DNA from: Methanocella sp.
GTDB taxonomy: Archaea > Thermoproteota > Bathyarchaeia > Bathyarchaeales > Bathycorpusculaceae
Length of the DNA stretch: 16,774 nt
Direction: 5' to 3'
NCBI GenBank assembly: GCA_050261115.1
Contig: JBLNCY010000063.1
Coordinates: 1 to 16,774 of the forward strand
The notes below the pieces were generated by a model, which worked only from the letters and a program-made list of their open reading frames with translations, was not told the origin of the DNA and did not search any database. The first letter of the stretch is position 1. Each line of letters opens with the position of its first letter. Positions 1 to 8,551 of the stretch are shown here, piece by piece. The position numbers were made by a program, and so were the translations under genes.

Positions 1-58
1 CCCCAAGCTATCTACTAAAGTCAAATTCATTAACACTCAAATTCAGGTAACACTGCCT

Positions 59-1168
59 ATGTCCCAAAAAAGAGACTACTATGAAGTACTCGGCGTCCCA
101 AAAACCGCAACCAAAGACCAAATCAAAGACGCCTACCGCAAACTCGCCCTACAATACCATCCTGACCGCAACAAGGAACCCGGCGCCGAAGAAAAATTCA
201 AAGAAATCAGCGAAGCCTACGCAGTACTATCCGACGACCAAAAACGCAGCCAATACGACAACCTTGGTCACGCAGGATTCGACCAACGATACACTGCAGA
301 GGACATCTTCCGAGGCGCGGACTTCGACAGCATCTTCCGTGACATGGGCTTTGGCGACATATTCCGAAGCATTTTCGGCGGAGGATTCGGAGGTGGCTAT
401 GAGGAACGCAACCGAGGCCAAGACATAGGCTATGACCTCGAAATTACCCTCGAAGAAGCCGCAAAAGGCACAGTAAAAGACATCCAGATACCCCGCACCG
501 AAAACTGCGAAATCTGCGGCGGTTCCGGCGCAGCCCCAGGCAGCACACTAAAAATCTGCCCAACCTGCAACGGACAAGGCAAAGTACAGAACATGCGCAA
601 AGCAGGATTTGCCATGTACGTCCAAGTAGGCGCATGCCCAACCTGCAAAGGCAAAGGAAGAATAATAGAAACACCCTGCAACAACTGCCGCGGCACAGGC
701 TTAGTTCGTAAACGGCGAACAATCACCATCAAAATACCGCCCGGCATAGACGAAGGCAACCAACGCATACTACGTGGCGAAGGCGACGCAGCACCCAACG
801 GCGGCCCATCAGGCGACTTATACGTAATCATCCACCTAAAACCGCATCCAGACTTCGTCCGAGAAGGCGACGATCTCTGGCACATCGCAATGATTAATTA
901 TCCACAGGCGGCATTAGGCGCAGAAATAGTTGTCCCAACAATAGATGGTCCCACAACGCTTAAAATCCATCCGGGCACACAAGTCGGCGAGGTTTTCACG
1001 CTCCGCGGCAAAGGCATGCCACGATTACGGGGCTACGGTAGAGGCGACCTTAACGTACGCGTCGGCATCACAGTGCCAGAAAAACTCACGGCCAACCAGA
1101 GACAGTTGCTTGAGCAATTAGGCAAGGAGTTCGGTACAGACGTGTCCAAACGCAAATTCCGACTCTAA
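59..1168 (+). CDS. dnaJ: Molecular chaperone DnaJ (class A Hsp40)
   Basis: J-domain (DYYEVLGV...YHPDRN), G/F-rich linker, four CxxCxGxG repeats ([32 protein letters not shown]), C-terminal domain with GDLYV and GKGMP motifs. Confidence 0.98.
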   Translation: MSQKRDYYEVLGVPKTATKDQIKDAYRKLALQYHPDRNKEPGAEEKFKEISEAYAVLSDDQKRSQYDNLGHAGFDQRYTAEDIFRGADFDSIFRDMGFGDIFRSIFGGGFGGGYEERNRGQDIGYDLEITLEEAAKGTVKDIQIPRTENCEICGGSGAAPGSTLKICPTCNGQGKVQNMRKAGFAMYVQVGACPTCKGKGRIIETPCNNCRGTGLVRKRRTITIKIPPGIDEGNQRILRGEGDAAPNGGPSGDLYVIIHLKPHPDFVREGDDLWHIAMINYPQAALGAEIVVPTIDGPTTLKIHPGTQVGEVFTLRGKGMPRLRGYGRGDLNVRVGITVPEKLTANQRQLLEQLGKEFGTDVSKRKFRL

Positions 1169-1197
1169 AGGCGCGCCCCTTTATTAGCGTCCGTTAA

Positions 1198-1205
1198 TTT
1201 TTTTT
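1198..1205 (+). terminator. Oligo-T tract after dnaJ (archaeal intrinsic terminator candidate)
   Basis: Run of 8 T about 30 nt after the dnaJ stop, upstream of the hisS TATA-like box TTTTAAAA (1242-1249). Confidence 0.45.
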
Positions 1206-1290
1206 CAACACGCAAGAGACTGTGCAGGCAGCGAGCGAGAGTTTTAAAAGATTAACCCACAATCATATGCTATCCTACGGAGTCAATTAC

Positions 1291-2565
1291 ATGCCAACCT
1301 TCCAACCAGTCCGCGGAATGAGAGACCTAATCGGTCAAGAAGCCCAAATCTTCACCGCCATCATCAACGCAGCTAGAAAAATCGCTGAACTCTATGGCTA
1401 CAGAGAGGTCATAACACCCCACGTGGAACCACTCGAACTACTAAGCGCCAAATCAGGTGACGAAATACGCCAACGCATGTTCATCTTCAAGGATCTAGGG
1501 GATCGTCAAGTCGCACTACGCCCCGAATTCACCGCTTCAATCGCCCGCCTCACCACCACAGCACTAAGAAACGAACCAAAACCGCTCCGCCTATTCAGCG
1601 TAGGCACAGTCTACCGATATGATGAACCCCAACGCGGCAGATACCGAGAGTTTTGGCAATCAAACTATGAACTCATGGGCTCTGCAAGACCCGAAGCCGA
1701 CGCAGAAATTATCCTACTCACAAACAACCTAATGACAGAGCTCGGTATGCAGGGTTTTGTATTCAAGATTGGGCATATAGGCGTTATCCGCGGAATCCTT
1801 TCGCAAGAGGGCATCGACGAGAAGACCCAAAACGCAATCTTCCAGCGCATGGACAAAAAAGAATACGACGCCGCACTCAAACTCGTCGAATCACCAAAGG
1901 CCCAAGCCATGCTCCAGAGCCTAATCGAGATTAAAGCATCAGATTGGAAAGACACCGTTAATCAAATCAAGGAATTGGTTGTTGGATACGAAAAAGCTCA
2001 AGCCGCAGCAGATAACCTACAGGAAATCCTCAATCTCATAACCCAGAGCGCAAATATAGCAGTTAAAGTTGAACCAGCTTTTGCCCGAGGCCTCGAATAC
2101 TATACAGGCATAATTTTCGAGGTCTACATCCCACAGCTAGACATCGCGTTAGGCGGAGGCGGTCGCTATGATAAACTTATCGAGACATTTGGCGGCGAAC
2201 CTACACCCGCCGTCGGCTGCGCACAGGGCATCGACCGAGTAGCCATCGCCCTGCAAGAGCAAAAAGCAAACGTAACCGCTAAGGTAGGCAAACGGGTGGC
2301 AGTGACCGCTATCACCGATGCCTTGAAGCCTGAGGCGCTAAAGATTGCCCAGCAACTCCGCAGCGATGGCATATCTGTAGAGTTTGAAGTTATGGGCCGG
2401 AAGATGGTAAAAGCCCTTGAAGACGCCGACAAACGAAAAGACGATTTTGCAGTAATCGTGGGCGAACGGGAGCTTAAGGAGGGCCAAGTGGTTCTCAAAG
2501 AACTTGCAAGCCGCCAGCAAAGCACTGTTGCAATCAAAGACTTAGCTCAAAAAATCAAAAACTAA
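1291..2565 (+). CDS. hisS: Histidine--tRNA ligase
   Basis: Motifs RGMRD, LRPEFT, YRYDEPQRGRYREFWQ, RGLEYYTG, GGGRYDKL and a C-terminal anticodon-binding domain. Start moved from the ORF-track 1222 to ATG 1291 (MPTFQPVRG), preceded by GGAG at 1279-1282. Confidence 0.97.
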   Translation: MPTFQPVRGMRDLIGQEAQIFTAIINAARKIAELYGYREVITPHVEPLELLSAKSGDEIRQRMFIFKDLGDRQVALRPEFTASIARLTTTALRNEPKPLRLFSVGTVYRYDEPQRGRYREFWQSNYELMGSARPEADAEIILLTNNLMTELGMQGFVFKIGHIGVIRGILSQEGIDEKTQNAIFQRMDKKEYDAALKLVESPKAQAMLQSLIEIKASDWKDTVNQIKELVVGYEKAQAAADNLQEILNLITQSANIAVKVEPAFARGLEYYTGIIFEVYIPQLDIALGGGGRYDKLIETFGGEPTPAVGCAQGIDRVAIALQEQKANVTAKVGKRVAVTAITDALKPEALKIAQQLRSDGISVEFEVMGRKMVKALEDADKRKDDFAVIVGERELKEGQVVLKELASRQQSTVAIKDLAQKIKN

Positions 2566-2611
2566 AAACAAAAAATTTGAGGGTAGCCTCATGGGCTCCC
2601 ATATGCTCTTT
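2565..2611. terminator. Convergent hisS/glnA termination region
   Basis: Two adjacent short inverted repeats (TGAGG-gtag-CCTCA 2578-2591; ATGGG-ct-CCCAT 2591-2602). On the minus strand they are followed by TTTTTTGTTTTT. Confidence 0.45.
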
Positions 2612-3973
2612 TTAGAGGCGTTTGATGTAGCGGTTGACTTCCCATTCGGTGACTTGGGTTCGGTATAGATCCCATTCACGCCGTTTCTCCTTGAGGAAGT
2701 TCTCAAACGTTATTGGACCTAGGGTTTCTTTCATTAGGTCGCTGGTTTCTAGTTCGTCGAGTGCTTCCTTGAGGTTTTCTGGCAGGGAGACGATGCCGCG
2801 TTCCTTACGTTCCTCGTAGCTCATGTGGTAGACGTTTAGCTCTACTGCTTCTCCAGGGTCGATCTGGTTTTTGATGCCGTCTAAGCCTGTGGCGAGTAAT
2901 ACGGCGAACTGTAGGTAGGGGTTTCCTGCGCCGTCTGGGCAGCGGATCTCCATTCTTGCTGCGCTCTTTCTTCCGCCAAAGTTAGGTACACGGATGAGTG
3001 GACTGCGGTTCTTGTGTGCCCATGCAAGGTAGACTGGAGCTTCGTATCCGGGGACTAGGCGTTTGTAGCTGTTTGGCCAGCTGTTGAGCACGGCAGCCAT
3101 TTTGCGGCCATGAGCGAGTTGGCCGCCTATGTAGTGACGTGCTAGGTCCGAAAGGTAGCCGTTGCGGGCGTCTTCGCTGTAGAAGAGGTTCTCTCCTTCT
3201 AAGCTCCAGAGGCTTTGGTGGCAGTGCATGCCTGAACCGTTGATACCTTGGAAGGGCTTGGGCATGTAGGTTGTTACATAGCCATTGCGTGCTGCGACAA
3301 CTTTTCCGCACATCTTCATAGTAATCGCGCGGTCGGCGGTTTCCAGTGCCTCACCATATTTGAAATCGATTTCGTTCTGTCCTAGGGCAACTTCGTGGTG
3401 GCTGATTTCGATTTCTATGCCAAAGGCTTCTGCATAATCAGCGATCTCACGTCGAAGGTCATCTGTTACATCGCCAGGATGAGCGTCAAAATATCCTGCC
3501 AAGTCGATTGGTTTAGGTAAGCCCCCGTTTTCTGACTCTTTTACGATGAAGAATTCAAGCTCTGGTGCGCAGATGAATTTGTAGCCTGCTTTGGCAGCTT
3601 TCTCGATGGCGCGTTCAAGGATGTATCTTGGGTCGCCTTCGAAACGTTTGTTTTGTGGGGTGTAGACGTCGCAGAGGAGTCTGGCGGAGGCGCGTTCTTT
3701 GGGTCTCCAGGGTAGCACTGCGAAGGTGCTTGGGTCTGGGTATAGAACCATGTCTGACTCTTCGATTGGGCGGTACCCGGTGATTGAGGATCCGTCGAAG
3801 GATTGGCCGTTCTCAAAAATGCTCTCTATGTTTTTGGAGCTTACGGCGAGGTTTTTGAGAAAGCCGTTTATGTCAGTGAATTGCAGCCTGACGAATTTAA
3901 TCTCTTTTTCTTGGATTTGCTGGACTACGTTGGTTACTTGTTCTTTCCAGGTGGGATTCTTAAAATTTTTCAT
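2612..3973 (-). CDS. glnA: Glutamine synthetase type I (GSI-alpha-like)
   Basis: Motifs VRLQFTD, FDGSSI, ESDM, GDPR, PELEFF, HHEVA, TYMPKPF, NGSGMH, NSYKRLVPGYEAP, NRS and EIRCPD. Start set at ATG 3973 with a CAGGAGA RBS upstream; the ORF-track extension to 4042 runs through the promoter. Confidence 0.97.
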   Translation of the reverse strand: MKNFKNPTWKEQVTNVVQQIQEKEIKFVRLQFTDINGFLKNLAVSSKNIESIFENGQSFDGSSITGYRPIEESDMVLYPDPSTFAVLPWRPKERASARLLCDVYTPQNKRFEGDPRYILERAIEKAAKAGYKFICAPELEFFIVKESENGGLPKPIDLAGYFDAHPGDVTDDLRREIADYAEAFGIEIEISHHEVALGQNEIDFKYGEALETADRAITMKMCGKVVAARNGYVTTYMPKPFQGINGSGMHCHQSLWSLEGENLFYSEDARNGYLSDLARHYIGGQLAHGRKMAAVLNSWPNSYKRLVPGYEAPVYLAWAHKNRSPLIRVPNFGGRKSAARMEIRCPDGAGNPYLQFAVLLATGLDGIKNQIDPGEAVELNVYHMSYEERKERGIVSLPENLKEALDELETSDLMKETLGPITFENFLKEKRREWDLYRTQVTEWEVNRYIKRL

Positions 3974-4006
3974 TTTTTTATCTCCTGTAACCTGCTTGGC
4001 TTGCTC

Positions 4007-4056
4007 TCCATATGTTATGGAAAACAGATTATCTATAAACATATTTAAGCTTATCG
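4007..4056 (-). promoter_or_regulatory. glnA promoter (BRE/TATA) with a palindrome near the expected start site
   Basis: Minus strand reads CGATAAG-CTTAAATA (BRE/TATA-like, 4056-4042), with an alternative TTTATAGA at 4039-4032. Palindrome TCCATA-TGT-TATGGA at 4007-4021. Confidence 0.5.
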
Positions 4057-4189
4057 GCGAATTTCCATAGATATTTGTTCAATATTCCACCGAAATCATG
4101 CACCAATGTGTGGCGACGCTAAGCGGTTTTCGGGGGTAAAAAACGCCAAAAACAACCCCCACACTAGTCAAATAACCAAAAAACGGGGG

Positions 4190-4663
4190 CTAACGCTCCC
4201 GACGCAGAAAATCCCCAACATCGGACACATTTTTTACCGCAAGTTCATCAAGTCGGCCCCTATCATTCAGGTTTCCAACAATTCTCCCAAAACCTAAACA
4301 ATCATCAAACTCGTTGAGAACCAGTACGTTCGTATGTCTCTTTCCAGAGCCAAAAACCTTCAAAATACCTCTAACCATGATATCGCGGCCGCAAATATAG
4401 AGCCAAGCGGTCTTTCTATCAACAACTATCCGGCGGGCATCCTTCTTGGCAAGCAAGTTTAAAAGATTAAAGCTGGGGAAGAACTTGCCTTGCTTTGCCT
4501 TTCCCAAGTAGACACCTGCATAGAAGAAGTCAGAGTTAACCAGCGGCTTAAGCGCATTATTAACCTGATAATATCGCCCTGCCTTTTCCACAATCAACTC
4601 AGGGTTTAAGGCAATATCAACACCAAAAGTTGCAGCAAAGTCTGTGATTACTTTGGCTTTCAT
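4190..4663 (-). CDS. nip7: Nip7-like ribosome biogenesis protein (pre-PUA + PUA domain)
   Basis: 157 aa with AGVYLG..K..KFFPS, WLYICGRDI, VLVLNEFDDCLGFG and DVGDFLRRER, typical of archaeal/eukaryotic Nip7. ATGA overlap with the upstream methyltransferase. Confidence 0.85.
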   Translation of the reverse strand: MKAKVITDFAATFGVDIALNPELIVEKAGRYYQVNNALKPLVNSDFFYAGVYLGKAKQGKFFPSFNLLNLLAKKDARRIVVDRKTAWLYICGRDIMVRGILKVFGSGKRHTNVLVLNEFDDCLGFGRIVGNLNDRGRLDELAVKNVSDVGDFLRRER

Positions 4664-5547
4664 GGCTTCTTGCTCCGTTTAAGTTTAGCTACGAAGAAAC
4701 CCTGTGTTTCACCAGGCCAGAATCGCCTGCACCTAGCTATAGAGGGATCAAGTTGTTTACCAAAAACCTGTGTTAGCCCTTCAGTACCGTAGCAATCAAT
4801 CGGCTGTATTTCTAAATCGAGCGCCCGTATGGCCCAATCCATGTTTAATTCATCTTCTTCAGGCTCAAGAGAGCATGTTGAGTAGACAATTTCGCCATCC
4901 TCGGTTAGACATTCGGCAGCTTTGGCAATTATCTCGCGTTGCAGGTTAGCGTTGCGTTGGACATCTTTGATAGTGCGGTTCTTAAACCAGCGCTCGTCAG
5001 AGGCATAGTTACCGCTGCAAGGGGCGTCTACTAATATGCGATCAAACTTTGTCTTCAAGAGCGGCGCCCTGCGGGCATCAAGCAAGTAAACGACTGTATT
5101 GGCAACATGGCATCTCTCGAGATGATTGCTAAGAGCAGTGAGGCGACGTTTATCTACGTCTAAAGCGACAATTGCGCCTGTGTTTACCATTACGTCTGCG
5201 AGTTGAGTAGTTTTTCCACCCGGCGCTGCTGCCATATCAAGTACTTTTTTGCCGCCAAGTTCGCTAAATAGAGACACGGGGATTTGTGCTGCCGCCTCCT
5301 GAATAGAATAAAGTCCCAAAAGAAATTCAGCAGTTGCCCCCGCGGACACTTTTGAATCCATAACCCAGTAACCACTTGATAGGAAGGGGATTTTTTCTAG
5401 GGAAAGACCTAGACTGGCAAGGCGCTGGATTAGGTTTTTTCCTTTAGCGTTAGTATTGTTTATTCGGATAGCTTGCCGCAAGGTTACCTCTTTTGGTTGC
5501 CAACCTAGCTGTCTGTAGCGTTCTTCGAAGAATTCTCGGCCTGACAT
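4660..5547 (-). CDS. RsmB/NOL1/NOP2/Sun family RNA (cytosine-C5) methyltransferase
   Basis: IRIN, G.YSIQEAAA, SAM-binding VLDMAAAPGGKTTQ, motif IV DAPCSG, motif VI YSTCSLEPEEDE and C-terminal GFFVAKL. ATG 5547 (alternative GTG 5550). Confidence 0.95.
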   Translation of the reverse strand: MSGREFFEERYRQLGWQPKEVTLRQAIRINNTNAKGKNLIQRLASLGLSLEKIPFLSSGYWVMDSKVSAGATAEFLLGLYSIQEAAAQIPVSLFSELGGKKVLDMAAAPGGKTTQLADVMVNTGAIVALDVDKRRLTALSNHLERCHVANTVVYLLDARRAPLLKTKFDRILVDAPCSGNYASDERWFKNRTIKDVQRNANLQREIIAKAAECLTEDGEIVYSTCSLEPEEDELNMDWAIRALDLEIQPIDCYGTEGLTQVFGKQLDPSIARCRRFWPGETQGFFVAKLKRSKKP

Positions 5548-5572
5548 CACCCCAAACCTTGCGGGGAGATGG

Positions 5573-5616
5573 ATAAAAGCTTTTCAACAAAGACTTGCTT
5601 TCATAAGGCTTAAAGG
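5573..5616. promoter_or_regulatory. Divergent promoters for the methyltransferase (-) and trkH (+)
   Basis: Minus strand GAAAAGC-TTTTAT (box at 5578-5573). Plus strand CTTAAAGG (5609-5616), about 30 nt before the trkH ATG. Confidence 0.45.
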
Positions 5617-5641
5617 CTCAAAATGCTACTACAGGGGCAAG

Positions 5642-7051
5642 ATGAATCAGCGCATACTTGCAAACCTGGGTTTCCTTCTGCAAACCTCTGGCCTACTCAC
5701 GTTATTGCCAATTGCAGTAGGGTTTGTCTTTAACGAAACACAGGCGTTGATTCCACTGTTTATCACCTGTGTGACCTTTTTAGGCGTCGGGTTTCTGCTA
5801 AATGCATTATGTGAACGAAAGGACCTTAACGTAAAATCTTCCAGCACACTATTGTTCATGGCGTTTGTTATACTTCCACTGATATGCACAATACCTTACG
5901 TTTTTGTGGACCCATTCAACAGCCCAAACATCCTAGACCGGTTCACTAATAGCTTCTTTGAAAGTGTTTCAGGCTTCACCACCACAGGCTTTAGCTTCAT
6001 AGCCGATACTGCTACTATACCGCGATGTCTTTTGGTTTTTAGAAGTCTCACCGAGCTGATGGGTGGGGTTGGCTTGGTATTCTTGGTTTTGGCGTTCTTC
6101 CAATCTAGGCGGGCTCTGCCTAAACTTGGCGGCATCCTTGGTATCGACAACCTAAACCGTAACCTAAAGAAAATGTTTCTCTACGTTTTTGCCGTTTATA
6201 GCATCTACATAATGGGGTTTACGGCGCTCTTCTATGCAATGGGATACACAGACGTCATTGCTTCCGGTTCGTTTGTGATTGACACTGTAACGGGTGGTTT
6301 TGCGCCTAGTGCAGAACAGTTTGAGCAGTATCTGTTTGTAGCACCAAAAATCCTTATGATACTGATGATGTTTATCGGGTCAGTAAACTTTGCATTCCAC
6401 TACTACCTGTTATCGGGAAAAGTCAAAAAGTTCATCTCAGCTGAGGTCAGCATGTTCATTGCTATTCTAGTGCTCACAAGTGTAGCGGTTGCTTTAGTAG
6501 GCAAGGTAGATGTCTTGGACGCGACGTTTCATGTTGTGAGCTTGGCGTCTACAGCTGGGGGCACCTACATCGACATGTCGGCGTTGAATGCTAATGCCCT
6601 ATCTATTTTGACGCTTGTTATGCTTATCGGCGGCTGTGCTTTCTCGATGGCGGGTGGCATTAAGGTTTCAAGGTTGATAACGTTAGGGAGAGGCATTGGT
6701 CTTCAGCTGAAAAGAGTTTTTAGAAAAACTAAAAGAGGTAAACAGAAAGAAAACGGACAATCGGAGGTTCTGCCTGCTGTTGAAGCCATATTGCTTTTTG
6801 CGGCTGTATTGATTGTTTTTTCTTTTCTGTTTTCGACGATAGGGATTTCGTTGCAGGATGCGTTTTTTGAGGTGGGTTCTGCGATTTCGACAACTGGTGC
6901 GACGCTGGGGGCAATAACGGTTATGATGCCTGTGGCGTATAAGTGGTTGATTATTGCTGCTATGATAGTGGGCAAAGTTGAGGTCTTAACGGTAATCGTC
7001 ATATTGTTGCCGTTTACTGTTAAGAGGCTTAAGCGGAAAACCATCGCCTAA
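5642..7051 (+). CDS. trkH: TrkH/KtrB-family cation (K+) transporter membrane subunit, divergent
   Basis: Multi-pass hydrophobic protein with FFESVSGFTTTGFS, MGGVG, TGGF, STAG, LIGGC...GGIK, SAISTTG and MIVGKVE, matching the four pore loops of the SKT superfamily. Confidence 0.9.
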   Translation: MNQRILANLGFLLQTSGLLTLLPIAVGFVFNETQALIPLFITCVTFLGVGFLLNALCERKDLNVKSSSTLLFMAFVILPLICTIPYVFVDPFNSPNILDRFTNSFFESVSGFTTTGFSFIADTATIPRCLLVFRSLTELMGGVGLVFLVLAFFQSRRALPKLGGILGIDNLNRNLKKMFLYVFAVYSIYIMGFTALFYAMGYTDVIASGSFVIDTVTGGFAPSAEQFEQYLFVAPKILMILMMFIGSVNFAFHYYLLSGKVKKFISAEVSMFIAILVLTSVAVALVGKVDVLDATFHVVSLASTAGGTYIDMSALNANALSILTLVMLIGGCAFSMAGGIKVSRLITLGRGIGLQLKRVFRKTKRGKQKENGQSEVLPAVEAILLFAAVLIVFSFLFSTIGISLQDAFFEVGSAISTTGATLGAITVMMPVAYKWLIIAAMIVGKVEVLTVIVILLPFTVKRLKRKTIA

Positions 7052-7067
7052 GCGTCCTTGCTAGGGT

Positions 7068-7105
7068 TAAAAGTTTTTATTGGAACATAATAGTATAGAC
7101 GGTGA
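7068..7105 (+). promoter_or_regulatory. nikR promoter and RBS
   Basis: AAAAG-TTTTTATT (BRE/TATA-like, ~7069-7081). GGTGA at 7101-7105, 6 nt before the ATG. Confidence 0.55.
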
Positions 7106-7111
7106 CCTGAA

Positions 7112-7519
7112 ATGTCTAAAATTGTGCGTGTGGGTGTAACGTTTCCTCCCGATTTACTCAAAGACTTTGATGATATAATTGAGAAAATGGGTTATGATAA
7201 TCGTAGTAAAGCAGTTCAAGACGCTGTAAGGCTCTACGTGTCTGAGCGGAAATGGCTTCAAGAAGAAAACGCTAACCAAACAGGGGTTATCCTTATGGTA
7301 TATGACCACGAGAAGCGAGGGCTTGACAGCGATTTAACCGAGTCCCAGCATCACCACCAAGACCTCATCTCATCCTCCATGCACATACACTTAGGCAAAC
7401 ATGACTGCTTGGAGGTCATTGCTGTGAAGGGTAAAGGCTCAGAAATCAGGCATTTAAGTGACGAGTTGGCGACAAAGAAAGGTGTAAAGATTCTTAAATC
7501 GATGATAGTGACCGTTTAG
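7112..7519 (+). CDS. nikR: Nickel-responsive transcriptional regulator NikR
   Basis: N-terminal ribbon-helix-helix (RVGVTFPPDLL...GYDNRS). C-terminal YDH and QH...MHIHL...CLE carry the His/His/His/Cys high-affinity Ni ligands. Confidence 0.95.
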   Translation: MSKIVRVGVTFPPDLLKDFDDIIEKMGYDNRSKAVQDAVRLYVSERKWLQEENANQTGVILMVYDHEKRGLDSDLTESQHHHQDLISSSMHIHLGKHDCLEVIAVKGKGSEIRHLSDELATKKGVKILKSMIVTV

Positions 7520-7521
7520 AG

Positions 7522-8430
7522 CTATTTTACTTGGAACATACGCTCCAATGACGCCCTGGCTTTCTCTGCTACCTCTGGGGGCACCGTCACCTGGGTTTTT
7601 TCTTCTTTTAACGCTAGGTATACTCTGTTGAGCGTCGTTAGTTTCATGTTGGGACAAATAACACCGTCATAGGCTATGTAGAAGGTTTTTGTGGGGTTCT
7701 CTTTGCGTAAGCGGTGCAGGATGCCTTGCTCGGTGCAGACAATGAATTCTTTAGCGGGTGATTCTTTGGCGAATTTACACATTTTAGACGTGCTGCCAAT
7801 GTAGTCAGCTACTGCGCGCAACTCAGGTGTACATTCGGGATGTGCCATGACGGTTGCGTTTGGATGCTGCATTTTTAGAACTTGCACGTCTTCGGGTTGG
7901 AGAAGTAGGTGGGTGGGGCAGAAGCCATGTTCAGGGATCGGGATGATTGTTTTGCCTGTTTTTTCTGCTACGTAGCTTGCGAGGTTGCTGTCGGGTCCAA
8001 ATAGGATAGTGTCGGAGTTTAGTGAGTTGACAACTTCAACGGCGTTGGCGCTTGTGCAGCAGATGTCTGCTTCGGCTTTGCATGCGGCTAAGGTGTTAAC
8101 GTAGAGAACAACAGGTGCGCCGGGGTATTTTTGTTTGGCGCGTTTTATCTCGTCTACGGTTAGCATCTGCGCCATTGGGCATCTTGCGCCCGTAGAAGGC
8201 AAAATAACCTTTTTAGCAGGGTTTAGTACTGCAGCGGATTCAGCCATAAAGTCCACGGCGCAGAAGACGATTAGTTCTGCGTCTTTTTCTTCCATGGCTT
8301 TGCGGCTTAGTTCTATGCTGTCGCCTGTGTAGTCTGCGACGTCTTGGACTTCGGGGCGTTGATAGTTATGGGCAAGGATGATGGCTTTTTTCTCTTTTTT
8401 GAGGGTTTGGATTTTCTGAGTTAAATCCAT
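7522..8430 (-). CDS. nadA: Quinolinate synthase
   Basis: Motifs ILAHNYQ, GDS, DFMAE, LYVN, CTSANA, PDSNL, AHPEC and GSTS. Three [4Fe-4S] cysteines in RCPMA, FCPTH and ICPNMK. Confidence 0.98.
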   Translation of the reverse strand: MDLTQKIQTLKKEKKAIILAHNYQRPEVQDVADYTGDSIELSRKAMEEKDAELIVFCAVDFMAESAAVLNPAKKVILPSTGARCPMAQMLTVDEIKRAKQKYPGAPVVLYVNTLAACKAEADICCTSANAVEVVNSLNSDTILFGPDSNLASYVAEKTGKTIIPIPEHGFCPTHLLLQPEDVQVLKMQHPNATVMAHPECTPELRAVADYIGSTSKMCKFAKESPAKEFIVCTEQGILHRLRKENPTKTFYIAYDGVICPNMKLTTLNRVYLALKEEKTQVTVPPEVAEKARASLERMFQVK

Positions 8431-8481
8431 AGTTTCGCCTGATGACGCTGTTGAATGTGAAAGGAAAAGGGAGACCTAATG

Positions 8482-8520
8482 AAATATAACTTTTTACCCC
8501 AAAAGCGGACGCTTTAACCT
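8482..8520. promoter_or_regulatory. Back-to-back promoters: nadA (-) and small ORF (+)
   Basis: Minus strand AAAAAG-TTATATTT (8495-8482). Plus strand CTTTAACC (8512-8519). Confidence 0.5.
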
Positions 8521-8551
8521 TACAAAGCCATAAACAATCAACTAGGCCCAT

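Noticed and set aside
1-58. Possible 3' end of dnaK or grpE upstream of dnaJ
   Set aside because: Too little sequence to identify.
4106-4297. 63-aa plus-strand ORF between glnA and nip7
   Set aside because: It overlaps the nip7 3' end and its T-rich terminator region in antisense, and has low-complexity K/N/P composition.
8440-8482. TGATGA resembling a C box of a C/D sRNA
   Set aside because: No properly spaced CTGA D or D' boxes follow, and the region is the nadA leader on the other strand.
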